Numbered from the whole stretch's first letter, positions 11,460-24,825 are shown. The stretch: 62,591 bases of DNA, filler included, from Sphacelaria rigidula (GCA_964200075.2; 7 parts of 7 records of this genome joined end to end with filler, not necessarily neighbours in it); one strand, 5' to 3'. Numbers and translations: made by a program. Notes: generated by a model not told the origin, from the sequence alone.

Positions 11460-12540
11460 CTCCAATGCGTTGCTTCATTTTCTGGCATCACCATTTCCAG
11501 AGACAGCCACGGCCTACACACTTCCTCATGGGTGTCTCACCATATCAATACGGCGTAGTGTGATCCCCCCCTTAGCGCGTAATTGAGGTTCTCCCACCCC
11601 GCACACAAAGATCTACTTCGAAGTAGCTACTAATACACCATCATGGCCATCGCGAAAAAAACAACGCAAGCGCGAAAAAAACACGGTAACCTGGTTGCCT
11701 ACAATACGCAGGGAGTAGCGTGTTTTATGGCGTCGTTGCCAACCGACGCCAACCACGGGGGAGGTGGAGGGGAGGGGGGAAGGGCAAAGTACCAAGGGTA
11801 GGTTCGTGGTGATATTACCATACTCCAGTGCGGTTACCCATGCAACTGCAGGACGCAACATTCATGGAATATATCGTACCCTAGACAATGGAATGTACAG
11901 GCTGCTCCCAATAGGTGACCCACAAAAGTGTCTACGACGAATCCTCATACGAGGTTTTAAAAACCAAAACCTCCAATTTCTTGGAGAGGTGCATATCGAC
12001 GTATTGAAAATTATCGTCTCCTGGTTATGTTGGGAGCGTTGGCGGGGGGGGGGGAGGTTAGGTTCATCTGAATGGCGCACCTTCCCTAAAACGCATTGGT
12101 CCGAAATCCCACACCTTGCGTACGGCATCCAAGATATGTATATTAATAAGGGCGAAAACGTATCATACATGAGACTAGATGATTGCCCAGTCCATGTCTT
12201 AGCCATGAGTTTGGGACGGTGACAAGTTAGGAACCGAAAAAGGTACCGCTATTCTCACCTTCATATTACCTACACGCCCCACCACGTCTATAGCGCGATC
12301 AAGGAGGAATGTAGGCATCTCGGACATTGTACCGAAAGGCCAACAAGGGGTACCGCTAAGACACAGCCTGCGATACGGTTTGAGCATTAGTATGCTCGGA
12401 GCCCAAATCGGACGTTGTACCGTATAGATTGGTCTACAGTAAGGGTACACATTTTGAGTCCAAGACGTTTCTGGCGCTGGGCGTTAAGGCTGAGATATTT
12501 GTCATCGAAATGATCCTAAAGTGCAGTCTCCAGGGGAAAA
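11460..12540 (-). pseudogene. Decayed SNF2-family (Rad5/Rad16-like) helicase remnant
   Basis: Ordered, frameshifted motifs on -: WRLHFRII(F)DD (II, ~12505), RRLCLSGTP (III, ~12350), RING-like IFHECCV...W...CP (~11860), FRDG..VLVATSK..CGVG(x)NL (V, ~11600) and KQRIG (VI, ~11470). Confidence 0.45.
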
Positions 12541-14082
12541 TATGAACCTTCACCGTAGAGCCACTCCACAGTTGCTACGGGTGCGTCCGCGAAAAACCTG
12601 GCCTTTGGGTATTGTTGAACGCCAATGAACATAATGTTGCTGTTCGACTGCCATGCTTCATGCTGTTCTTCCTCTTCCCTTTCCTCTTATTGTTTTCAGG
12701 CAAGAAGACCTCTGACTTGCCTGTACCACTATATTGCCGGTCTCCAGAGCAATGTATTTCTCCTTTGTGCCCTGCTCCTGTTCTTATTGCATGCATTTAT
12801 ACCAAACCTAAAATGAGAAATTTCCAGGAATTCGAATCGCTGTTCATCATGCAGTAGTTGAAACACGTACCCTCCTGTGCTGTTCATACTGACTTGTTGT
12901 TTGTGTCTTCCTGGTTTCTAATTTCTTTACCATCTTCGTTGGCAGTTCCCCTGCGAGTTCAAGATCCCTCGCGTGGACATCCGCAATCTTACTGTGGAGG
13001 ACTTCCGCGAGATGTACGAGAGTACGTCACAGCCGGTCATGATCGAGGTATACTTCTCGTATAGTGAAATGTGTTTCTAACTTCCCGGTCGCCAGGTTTG
13101 AAACCCGACAGCTCAGTATTCGTGTGGGCGATACACTTGTATACCAGTGCAGTCTCAAGAGCCCCTGCGTTGGTTCCAAAACTGACGGAACATCCATCAT
13201 CCGCGGATGGTTTTGAGCAAGGGATGAACCACGTACCGGTGATTCATTGATTGTCGTACTTTCACTACTCCACTACGTAGCTGATCGTGGTGACAAGAGA
13301 GACGTACCAAACGAATATTGAACGAAAAGACGTACTGATAAAATATCAGAAAAGAGGGGAAGAACAAAAGAAAAGAAAAAGGAAGCAGAGTGGATTACCA
13401 GAATTGGGCAACACGATCGAACAATACAAGAACGTGCCGCCCGAGAAATGGTCATAATCCAGAGAAAACCTCTACGGAACTCCAGCAGGACCTCGCTGTC
13501 GCATCAAGATATTCCAAACCTGAGAGGATGGCGTTGTCTACCGGGAACCCCTCGAAGCTGGCGCTGAGAGTTCGTGTCTCGGACATTTTCTAAACAGAAT
13601 CAGAAGCCTTATACAAGATACATAGCATCTTACGTATTATATCGTCATCCACCGTGAGGCGTGCATGGGTCCCTGGCACAGAGGGTTGTGTTGCCACGTT
13701 GGGGCACGAAACATTGGGCACCATAACGTGCTTGATAACGGGATACTAGACAAGAAAACGTGCGCATTTTTTACAAATGCGTAACGTTCACGGAACAACG
13801 CCCGCTGAGGCTTTGGAACGGCAATATTTCTAGAAGATTTCACTGAAGTTATGTGTTTTTCCCTCTTTGAGAAATGGAGCCGAGAATGTTTCTCAGCAAC
13901 GCATTTCGAACACGCCAATTGTTCTACCCAAATCGCGCTTGCTGGCAGCATACCGGTGATGTTCGTAATAACGCCGGGTACTTGCGAAGAAACCTCTGTC
14001 GGCGGTACAAGCTCTCAGTGAACTAGTATGGTTCAGAAGAGGACATCGTGTACCAACGCCGCACACGATTTGTATATCGTAT

Positions 14083-14337
14083 GACACTTTCTACAATAGC
14101 CCCCCCCAAAAAAGTGCGTACTTTTGAGAGGCAAAATCTTCACGTAAATCGAAGTGGGAAAAACCGAGCACGACGAAAAGCTGGGAATTCTCACGCTTGG
14201 GTTCGTTCTACCCAATGTCGCCAATATGAGGCGCTTCATGCAGCCTGAACCCAAACATCAGGCGCGGTATGGCCACTTGTTTTGTGACACTTTTGAGCTG
14301 GTTTTTTTTGGGGGGGGGGGCTATCGTAAAAAGTGTC
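14083..14337. mobile_element. MITE family A copy
   Basis: gacactttctacaatagccccc...gggggctatcgtaaaaagtgtc. Confidence 0.85.
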
Positions 14338-15014
14338 GTATTATTACTCGTACAGTAATACGAGCTAAGTAGTGAGAGCTGAAGCGTTGGAAGGTCATTC
14401 AAAGATACCGAATATTGCGGTTCCTGCCTTGTCGTGTCCGTACGCTACATTGAGATGCCCTGAGGTCAACTCACCTGCACTAGCAGCATTAATATTCCTG
14501 ACAAGGTCAGAAACTCGATAGCCGAGTGGTTCAATTTTGCCCAGAAGAAACAGAAGGTCGATAAGCCGAATCAACCGATTTCGCTGCAATAGTTACGAAC
14601 ATTTCCTTGATCAAAGGTTATCTTACACGACTTTTTGGTATACATTAATTAGGCGAAACACATGTATTTCGTTGCTGGAACAAAACCTTCACATTAGCTT
14701 GAAGGGCCTCGTAGATCATAGTCGTCCCGCGTTCCCCTCGTTATGGTATTTGGAGAGACTGGCCTCGATGAAGTACAGTAATACTTCTTCGGCACACATG
14801 ACTCGGGTTAAAAGCAACAACTGGATATGAATATTTGATTGGGTCGTTGAGGGACGAGAATTCCCTAAAAAATATCCAGGTTGACATTCCGAATTGTTGA
14901 AAGCAGTTGAAATGTCCCGTCGGCATATTGTATGTTATGTGCACAAGGGACAGTATTGCCAGAATGTTCCTCGTATTGAAGGGGAACGATGCGAAAAACG
15001 AGGTATTTACGGTT

Positions 15015-15265
15015 GAGTCATCCTACGATGGGGGGGGGGGGGTATTTTGGGCCATTTGTTGCTCGAACGTTCGAGTCAGATCGTCGTTGAATGCAGCAAC
15101 GGTTGTTCGAACAAGCGTGTTGTGGATCAATAACGCTCATCTATACTGCCTGGCACCGTTTGGAATCAAATACAAGCGCAACGCAAGTGTAGAAGGGTGT
15201 CTGACACACTTATGGGCCTCGTGTTTCGTGCAACCAGATACCCCCCCCCTATCGCAGGATGACTC
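15015..15265. mobile_element. MITE family B (TIR GAGTCATCCTACGATAGGGGGGG)
   Basis: TIRs at both ends. Inverted copy at 21625-21877 and diverged copy at ~56508-56748. Confidence 0.8.
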
Positions 15266-16754
15266 GGTTACGAACGCACTGTTGGATTCATGAGCCAGCA
15301 ACGTCCCGGTTTTCTCTACCTACCGTTGGATTGTCGTTCTTGTACCATGACTATGTGTGGATATAATTCTTGATGTAGGGTGTATCGGGTAGGGTTGTAT
15401 CGGGTGACGCAACCCTTCCGTGATCACTCTCTTTCGATACCTGGACATAATCCGCTTCGGCCGCCGTTGCTTTGAGTTCCAAGTGAGTCCTTACTAGAAA
15501 GCCTTGAATGTGGGGTCTATTGGCTTCTGGTCGTCAGTACTGTATAATACAAGTGGATACCTCATATCTGGAAGTGCCTTGGATTGATTTGCCCAACAGC
15601 AACTTGATCTGAGATGGACTGTTATTATACAGCTTTGCCTGCAATCGAGGCACACACGGCTTAAGCTTCCGTTCGTGAGGACTAATAGGACATGGGTGTA
15701 GTGAGCTTTCCTTCTCAGAGGGTGCTGCACAAGAAAATGACATACCCTGGTGTCTGTCCTCTTTCTGATATTGTGCCATTTCCTCTTGACTTGCCTGGTT
15801 CGTTCGCAGTGTTTCATGGTGTGAACGGCAACATCACGTGCTTGTCCGTGATAGTGTGACTTACATATTTTTTCCCATTTCTCTGCTGTCTTCAGGTAAG
15901 TTCGATCTGTATCGCTCAGCCACCACGATGACATGATTGCTGCTTTTGACCCTCGCTTGGAGTCCAAGCAATTCCAGAGGTGACCGGAAATATGCCATGT
16001 GTGTCTTCTGTCGCTCTATCGCTTTTTTCAATGCCTCTAATTTCCTCCGGTTTCTTGATATAATGTTATGGGTTATGTGATGCCGAAACAGAACATTCCG
16101 AAGACCATGAACTGGACAGCTCCTACGAGATGGACATTGGAAGGACTGGAGAATGACTACGCCGATGTGGAGGTCAAAGCGGCCTCTAATGATAATGGCG
16201 ACAAGCTCCTCATATCCTTGGCTGAGTTCATCCGGTGGGTCATGCTGAGCCGTGTAGTGCACACACAGAACAAATCACATCATTTTAGAGGAAGACGGCA
16301 GATGAGCTATCGAGTGTACTACGCTACCGGCTACCCGTTACGTTTTAGAGACCTTCAATAGACGCCAGGAAACTATATATTGGTGATGAAACACAGCAAA
16401 TGATTTCTCAGTATAGCGCGCCTTGGTCCAGACTGTCACAAAACATATCATCCCCTCGCTCTACCATCTGGTCCTATTCGAAAACACCTCTGGCACCCTG
16501 CGTCCATGATGTCGCTTTTTCCCGACGTCGGAGCGGTACTCTGTGATACTGTGTTGTAGGCGTCTCGGTGGTCGGCCTGCCGCCCCCCGCGGCCCCCCCC
16601 CGCGAGCATCCCCCTTCGCACCCACTCCCACCTAACCTCCTCCACCCNNNNNNNNNNCTTTTTTCCGTCCTCGGACCGGTCCTCTGTTCCCCTCGTTTTT
16701 CCGTCTTTCCGTGTTCGGCCTGCCCCCCCCCCCCCCCCCCCCCCCCCCTCCGAA

Positions 16755-17710
16755 ATCTTCTCCACGCATGATGATGTTCGAAAGCCATTCGTCGTGCATG
16801 CACACGACGTGGTCGGCTTGAAAAGGGTCCCCATCATCGCCGGAGCCTCGCACTCGCAGCCAGTATTTTTGAGAATCTCGCGATTTGACATGAGGTAGTC
16901 GGGAGCGCCGCGGGACGAGGTATGCTCGTTGTGGCACCTGAGCAGGAAGCCGTGGTGGGCACACCACAACCTGCCGAGCTGGTTAGGCGCGATCGCCAAG
17001 GTCACGCAGCCGTATAACATGACCTCCATCTCCCCTACCTTCAGGAGACGACCCCTGCGGGCCCCAACGATGTACGGTTGTGGTACACCGGTGTGCCGTC
17101 CAGACCTGCCCAATGCGGCTGTTCACCTCAGAAATGACACCGCCGACGCTGCTGATTCCTACCCCGAGACAGATAATAGACTTAACTTGCTTGTACTCTT
17201 GGCCTGCCGCCTCCACGTCGACCATATCGGCCCTCATGTTTGAGAAGCACTTGTGCATGGTTTCCGCACTCTTTTCTGCCACGACGAGACCGAACACCGG
17301 GAAGACTTCGACAATAGCCATCATCGCCTTGGCCAGGCTCCATTGGGATCACGAGACGATCCCAGCGTCGTCGGCACATAGCATTGCCTAACGCACTTTT
17401 CAAAGTTTGACCCTGGTCCGCCCGCCTTTGAGGCGATGCGAATAAAGTCATCCGCCGCCACCTCGTCGATCGAGAAGTGATGGGATGTCACCATCAGCAG
17501 CACCGCAAAGAAGATGCTGAACAAACCGGGGGCAGTTAACCAGCCTCGGTGGAGACCCTGGTCAGCGTCAAACCACCCAGGCATCACGCCGATGTTGAGG
17601 TGTACGAATGCCCATATGCCATCGCGGAAGCGGAGGGAAATGAACATAATCTTGGTGTGGATGCAGTATCGTGGTAGCATCTTCCAGAAAAAAACGGTCG
17701 ACTGAGACAT
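16755..17710 (-). mobile_element. RTE-clade LINE fragment (RT core to C-terminus), decayed
   Basis: QGLHRGWLTAPGLFSIFF, AMLCADDAG and EVNSRIGQVW; homologous to the LINE at 44782-47690. Confidence 0.88.
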
Positions 17711-17813
17711 ATGCCTTCTGTAGGTTCTTCTCTTTGTATAATAAAAAACAACAAATTGTGCGAATTAAGGTTTACCTTTGAGATGAGGCTCAAGCCTAAA
17801 ACAGTGCTTTCCC

Positions 17814-17913
17814 NNNNNNNNNNNNNNNNNNNNNNNNNNNNNNNNNNNNNNNNNNNNTTAATTAATTAANNNNNNNNNNNNNNNNNNNNNNNNNNNNNNN
17901 NNNNNNNNNNNNN
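17814..17913. other. Artificial contig linker
   Basis: 44 N + TTAATTAATTAA + 44 N. Confidence 0.99.
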
Positions 17914-18520
17914 CGGATCATAGCTACCTTTCGTTGCTCTACCGGGCGTCCTCCCGTCTGCTCAGAGGTGGTCACGGTAACAAACTGCACCGAAGTCGCA
18001 GCCTCTGTGAAAGCTAGAGAGTTTGTTTTTTATGAACTGCATCCACACAATTGAAACGACTCTCGAAACCTGAGGGAGGACGGCTTCCCTGTCCCCCAGT
18101 CAGGCATTGATGAACGAGGAAAAACGTTTTACAGGCTGGTACAACACAAATGGGGGCCCGGAGAAGTTCCTTTTCATCAAAATCCGTGTTTTCCGACCTG
18201 CAAAGCGTTCCATGCGCATTGTTTTCTAATACGAACGGTAACTTGTCGATTTCTGTTCCGTGCTTCAAGGACTGCCTGACGCCGATTACACAACAGCTTG
18301 GTATTGCTGTTCGATGGTATCTTCCGATGTTTAAGTGGACCCGAAGCGGCCACCTTCCCTCAGGGTTTTTAGAGTCGTTTCAATTGTGTGGATGCAGTTC
18401 ATAAAAAACAAACTCTCTAGCTTTCACAGAGGCTGCGACTTCGGTGCAGTTTGTTACCGTGACCACCTCTGAGCAGACGGGAGGACGCCCGGTAGAGCAA
18501 CGAAAGGTAGCTATGATCCG
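17914..18520. repeat. Perfect 150-bp inverted repeat (17914-18063 / 18371-18520) starting at contig edge
   Basis: The arms are exact reverse complements by eye. Confidence 0.9.
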
Positions 18521-19857
18521 ATTTGCCTGCCGTACTGCCGACAGCGTCGCGTGAAAGCCACAAGACCCTTGCTGTCGGCGGTTAATGGCGTGGGTCGCGA
18601 ATGCAACGACATGCGGTTGATCGTAGAGCACTCTCGTCTCTCCTCCTAACTTGTAATAATCCACGATCTTCTGACATCGGAAATAATTATTACTTGTGGG
18701 AAGCTACTCGTACTGTACCGAGCTGTTCACGCGACCAGCGTGTGCTGCACATTGCCTATGCGCCACGCCAGCAACACTTAGGTCACCACCATAGGTATCT
18801 TTTTCACTCCGCATGTCAAAAAGGTCTATACAAGTGTTTGATCTCTCATGCCCCCCCCTCAACTGGCGTGTGGCACGCCCTTCTGCTCGGGCGCCCGGCT
18901 GGGGGAGGTCGGCGAAAATCAACGATGAATAACACCCCCTAAATTTTAAATTGGATCTATCTGTTATTGCTGCAGCACCGTCCTTGCTGGCATGTGTGTG
19001 ACAGAGAACAGTAGGAGTAGCGGTGACGGGAACATTGCCCTATTTTTCAACATGTTTTTCAGCGCACAGAGGCGCGTCCTGTCCAAAAGGAGAGGTAGAG
19101 AGAAATCGATCTTCGCGTTGGCGACAGGCAAGAAGAGACGACGGAATCTCTCCGCATGTCGATGTTCTGGCACATAAAAGATTTGGCACATGCCGGTGTA
19201 ATGACATCGATGATGCCAGTTCCTCAAGCGATTGGTAATCGCCGAGCGAGGACACGCAAAGGACATGGGCGAGGAGCTTCCTCTCTGTCGTTGCTTCTCT
19301 CTGTGGTGATATCGTCATCGACACGCGTGTACACTGCATTCGTTGGGTGCCCTAGCCACAGCTGCTTAACTGCTGCGGACACTTGGGGGGTAAGATGGCT
19401 TCGCTCGGTCGTAAGTGTTTTGCGTCTTCCCTGCAAAAGGGAAATGCCACTTCAACCTCATTTTTTGTATGAACCTCATTTTCTAGGATCCACTGTTATA
19501 AGCTGCTCTGGAAGAGCCGACATACCTCGGTATGAGTGTAATTGGTGAATGAAGAGTATAAGAGAGATTAATACCAAAAGATTATGCACTTTCCCCTCTG
19601 TCACAGAGTTTCTCGTGTACGAGGCTTTCAATTAAGCTTCACTGGCTGCTGCGCTGAAAACAATTGGAAAGTACTTCTAGATAGATTGCCCTGTGTCCGG
19701 GGCGCTTCCAATTTCAATTTATTTCGGTTTTCGTGACGTTGCCGTCTCGGATTTCGGCGGTGAAACCGGAGTGGTCTCGGCTGGGCCCTTCTACTCTGAA
19801 GTGGAAAGGTCTGCCCGCAAGGTATTGTGTAATTCACACGTGGTATTTATCTTCCAC

Positions 19858-20090
19858 GACTCGGACGAATCATCGCCGATTCGAATCCCCAAACCCACGA
19901 TTTCTCAGCCGAGATAGCTCGGAAGAGAGAAACACGTCGGCCGCTGGTCAAACAGGTCTCCACGCAACTTTTGCGCCATTTCACGTGCCTGGGCTACGCG
20001 TACCTGGGTTGCAACGCTGAAAACGAAGCCTACGAATTGATTCGTACGGTACGAATTAATTACACTAAAAGTTGAATAATTCCCGGACGA
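19858..20090 (+). repeat. Dispersed repeat family C
   Basis: tcggacgaatcatcgcc...cgcgtacctgggttgcaacgctgaaaac. Reverse copies at ~25515-25760 and ~26870-26995. Confidence 0.75.
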
Positions 20091-20792
20091 CTTATTGATT
20101 CGTCCAACACTTACTTGCTATCTTCTTACGGTAGGTAGTGGAGGGACTGGTAGACTCGTTTCAGTACCAAAAGCCCAGGTATTTATCATAATGTAAATAT
20201 TTTGTCTTGTGTCTCGTTCGAATCACGTGTTTTACACTGTCTGTACTGCTGTATGGTTGCCTCCTTGCACTCCTTGACAAAAACTACGCTTCCCGCGCCT
20301 CGTACACAGTTCATGGTAACCAGAGCATGTCGGTGGCGTATATATAATGATGCATATCCGTTTTTGAACTGGTACGGTATATTATTTGGTACAACACGCA
20401 GCATGCGGGAGTTCTATCGAAAAACAACTGGTCCATCACATTCCAAGTGTAACAACGATGGACTCGCTGGCATCTCTTCTGCGTGTTTCTGAATAAAGCG
20501 CGATGAAACATGAGGAGCACTACCGTGACGGGCTGCCACAGGGGAGTACAGCACTTCAGTGCACAAGCGCGCTGACACGATGTCGACAACACGGAAAACG
20601 CTAGCGCGCGTGCTGCTGGAAAATAGCGCTCTCCGCGCGTGTAATTTCATTCAATGCGTTTTATTAAATTCAATGCAGAAGTTACCCTACGGGTGTGGAG
20701 CCGACACTACTGTGTACCAACCGCATCGTGACGCATTCGGCGGTACTATCTGCTCACTGCACAGCGGTAGGGTGCAGGGTGACAAAGCACAC

Positions 20793-20885
20793 CGCAGGAC
20801 GTGACATCCTCAGCCTATTCCTGTCCTGTATTGATTTCGCGTTGTCATATGCCGTTCGCCACATCATAAAAGCACCCGCTTGAAT
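20793..20885 (-). CDS. Candidate internal exon of an unidentified gene (IQAGAFMMWRTAYDNAKSIQDRNRLRMSRPA)
   Basis: 93 nt, bounded by CAG and GT, open in phase 0. Contains an F..W motif typical of Sfi1-like repeats. Confidence 0.3.
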
Positions 20886-21624
20886 CTGCGGCAAACGTGT
20901 ATGCAGGATATCACGCCACGCGCCACACCTATAGTATATCGCTACGTCACATTTTGTTACGCTGTCCGTGTTGCAACTACAGCGTGCGTTTGCCCCGGGT
21001 GGCGCACGCAGGAGTGAAAGGCCGCCTCCGCCGCTGTATTGGCTGCCTATATCTCAGGCGAAGCTGAATGGTAACATAGCCGCGGCTGGTGAACCACATA
21101 TACCGAAAGGTGGAGGCGGGCGTCCAGAAGAGATGGGACGACAACACACACAACACACTGTATGCATTACACTTTCAACATCGTGTTTGTACCGGCTGTA
21201 GAAATATTTTGTCTACGGTTGGGCACATTTCCATATATAATGCAGGATCTGGTACATCTCGACTTATAATGTGACGGAGAGTCTGGTATTTTTTTCACCT
21301 GTACATGTATTTAGTAATGTTACTCGGTGATATCAAGAAAAAATCCGCAACATCTGGGCAAACTGTAGGTGAAACGCAATCGCCGAAATATTCACCTGCA
21401 AACTCTACTCCAGTGCACTGTAAGTTGACATCGCCAGAAGAACACTACCATAACCACCTTGCCGGCTACCAGACCGTCACAGATTCTCAGGATGTAGGAT
21501 CCGCTAGCATTGCTACTGTCTGTACGGAGGTGTTGCCCCCTTGTCAGGTACGTTTTGGAACATGATAGTCGATGAAGATCATCCTTCCTTGTACATGGGC
21601 ACGAAACGCTAGGGGTCCTCGCTC

Positions 21625-21877
21625 GAATCATCCTACGATAGGGGGGGGAGGGGTATTTGATTGTACGAAAAAAAAAGGCTCAAAAGTGTGTCCGACGGCC
21701 TGCCACACTCGCGGTGCGCTTGTAATTGGTTCAAAATGCTGTCAATTGGTATGAATGAGCGTTATATATCTATAACAAGCTCGTTCGAGCAACCGTTGCT
21801 CCTTTCAAGAACGATTTGCCTTGGATTTTCGTGCAAGAAGTGGCCCAAAATACCCCCCCCCTGTTGTAGGATGACTC
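21625..21877. mobile_element. MITE family B copy
   Basis: gaatcatcctacgatagggg...cccctgttgtaggatgactc. Confidence 0.8.
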
Positions 21878-23330
21878 GCTCAAGGCTTCGATTTGGAGGA
21901 TCATACTAGATAGACAGCGGCAACTGTTGTGTGTGCAGGTGCCCCTTGGAGCAGGATGCATTTGGTGTCTGTGTGACGAAGTTATCCCCAGAAAACGAAA
22001 TCGATAGGGGTTTTAAAGTGGAAAAATCTAGCAAAAAAACTATCGCAAGAATACGATCGCAAGAATCAGGTCGCAAGGATGTTGACGCAAAAACGGAGTC
22101 GCAAAAAAGCAGTTAGTCGAATTTTTACCCGCAGCAGAAACCAACTTCACTTTGTGAAATTGTAATTGATGAGAACTAGGGGCACCACACCGAGAGACTA
22201 GACGTCATTTGCAGGTCGCCATCACACGCTTTGGTCAACAGCAGGGCATGATGCCGCTGGATATCACTCATGATGTGCCGCGGGATTACAGACGAAATCA
22301 CATCCGAGGAATTACCTGGGCGAACACAAACGCCTTCGACGTCGATGGCACATCACAGACCGACTGCATGGTAAGCAGAGCTCACCAAGCCAAGCGGCGG
22401 GAGACCCAGCCGGAGTAAAATGATAGCGGGGAGCGCATTGATTTTTCGTGGTCACCATTTGCTCCATGTAATGTTCACATCCAAGCCCATGATACATCAC
22501 GAGGTTTAAATGTATTTCGTAGGGTAGTTGAGCCGGTGATGATGTCGAGATATTCCGTCTACTCGTGTGGCGTAGACAGCAGCAGGCTATAGGCGATATG
22601 CTAGTGTCGACTCGCGGCACACAGCCAAGCATGGCTTAGACCACAAACACGGTCGCAAGCAGCTTAGCAAGTGGATAGAAACACAAGTGACAAGGGGTGA
22701 ATAAATACGCACGGTTTACTATATACACAACTGTATAGTACCCGTAGCTTGCACCTACCAACACCGCATTTTCAACTCGTCTGATATCAATTTCAGTATA
22801 CCGTATACGTCTCAGCTTGATGGACTCCAGTCAACAACAACAAAAAATACATTTTCGTAGTTGCATCACATACACCGAAAACTATCAGTGTGCATCACGA
22901 TGCACCACTAGTACACCAGCGGACCAAAGACACGACTAAATTGACCATCACATTTTACGCTCATCACGAACCTCACGTTTGTTTGACCAATCTGGTCATT
23001 ATTACTGGTGCACGGAAGACTGCGGGGTTTGCATCCCGGCAGATGTGACTTAAAGGTGTGTATCTGACAAGTTTCGGATTTCCGTCGTCGAGAACGTGGG
23101 GATGTGACCAGTGATTGAAACGCTTTCAGCAAAAGCCGACGCGGTGCGACAGCATACTGTTGTGCGGATCCAATTCGCGATACCAAAATGGGAGGCGCGC
23201 ATAAGGGGGGAGGATGATTGATCCCTTACTCGAGAGTAGGGACAGAACTCATTTTGAGGAAGGAGTACGTGCAAAATATGACGAAAAGCTAATATATGTT
23301 GGGGAAAATCGTTTTCTATGACATCTTTAC

Positions 23331-23700
23331 ATGACTAACGACTAAGACTCAGCCGTTCCTCATTACCGTAATTAGCGGAAGGACCCGACTGTGGTTCACC
23401 TCCAACAATCCGAACTTGGTCGTAAGGATCGACTCTTGATGGTCCTTCATATTCGAACAAAGCCATAGGCGTTTGCTCCGAGTCGCCCCTTTTTCATGAA
23501 ATTAGTCGTACAAGTCGACTTGCCTTGTCCCTCATTCACGGTCGAGTCGTACAAGTCGACACTTAGTCACCCCTCGTTTCTTGACTCAGTCATAGGAGTA
23601 GACTCTGAGCTATCACCAGTTTCCACATTTGGCCGTAGGAGTCGAATATAATCATTCCGCATTTTCCAAATTTGAATTAAGGAGTCGAATATCACTACTG
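23331..23700. repeat. Degenerate ~43-bp period tandem array (~9 units)
   Basis: Core resembling aGTCGTAggAGTCGACT recurs every 41-44 nt. Confidence 0.6.
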
Positions 23701-24825
23701 CATAGCGGTTGGACGTGTTCAATCGTTTGAAGAACTGGTCATACTCGCCGTGTATTATGTGTTCTCCTTGGTGGAATGGGGGTCACATGTGCGGCTTCTA
23801 TACCTAGAAACCTGTGATATTCGTCACTTTCCTACGGATATACGGAGGCGGTCGAAAGTGCATCAACAGAAAAAAAAAGTAGTGAGCAGAACCCTGACTA
23901 GGGGATGCCACAAATGCCCCTTCCCACTTCTATCCCGGCCAGCAGCACGACAAGATGAAGCGCGTCGTGCGATAATACTTCAAGCGTACAAAACTTCATC
24001 TATCAGCAATGTCTTCTACCCTTGCCGACGAGCCTTCGAGCCTGTACCACGTATAATGATGGAATATGACAACGTTCCACAAACTTATTCCACGTGTAAC
24101 GAGCACAGCGAACTTTTGAACCGACTCTTGTTTCCATCGGAAGCGGTGTCCAACTTGGAAGAATAAGAAACGTAGACCACATTCTTGGCCTCCTTGTCGT
24201 ACAACCGCCGGACTACGATAGATTTGAAGAAGCTGTGAGCAGAGCACACACGCAGGCAGGAAGACAGAAAGCGTTCCATGGTCGTAAAAGGTTATGCAAG
24301 GAACGCGCACATGGAAGGAGAGGGAGAACAAAACAGAGGAACAGAGACAGGGATGAACGGCACATAACAGGGAAGGAACGGGGTCAACGAGCGTTTGGAT
24401 CTTGGGGGGAAATTTAACGAATAAAATTTCAGCAGGGACCATGAACAGGACGAACGAGATATCAATGCCGCATGTTCCACTAGCGAACAGTAAAAAAACA
24501 CGCAGAGAGAATCATGCAGTGCGCATGAATGTGGCAGCTAGGGGGGATCGTTGGCACAAACATGGCGGCAACTGAGGTAAAGACATGCGCTGTTTCAGCA
24601 AGTAGGAAGACATGGAGGACAGAACTAGGGTACGAGAAAAAAGTGGCGGAAAGAGGCTGGATAGACACGGCCTACAGAAGAAGTATGACGGTCACCGGGC
24701 GGAGTGGGATGAAGATGTTCAGGACGGACAGTTTGGTTGTGGGAATTGACGTGTCGGATACTCGGGCGGGTAGCAACCACACAAATGCCGACAGCTTCGT
24801 GTTTCGTCTGTGTGCGCGTGAAAAC

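Noticed and set aside
23331..23700. CRISPR-like array
   Set aside because: Repeats are too degenerate and the linkers are related to one another.
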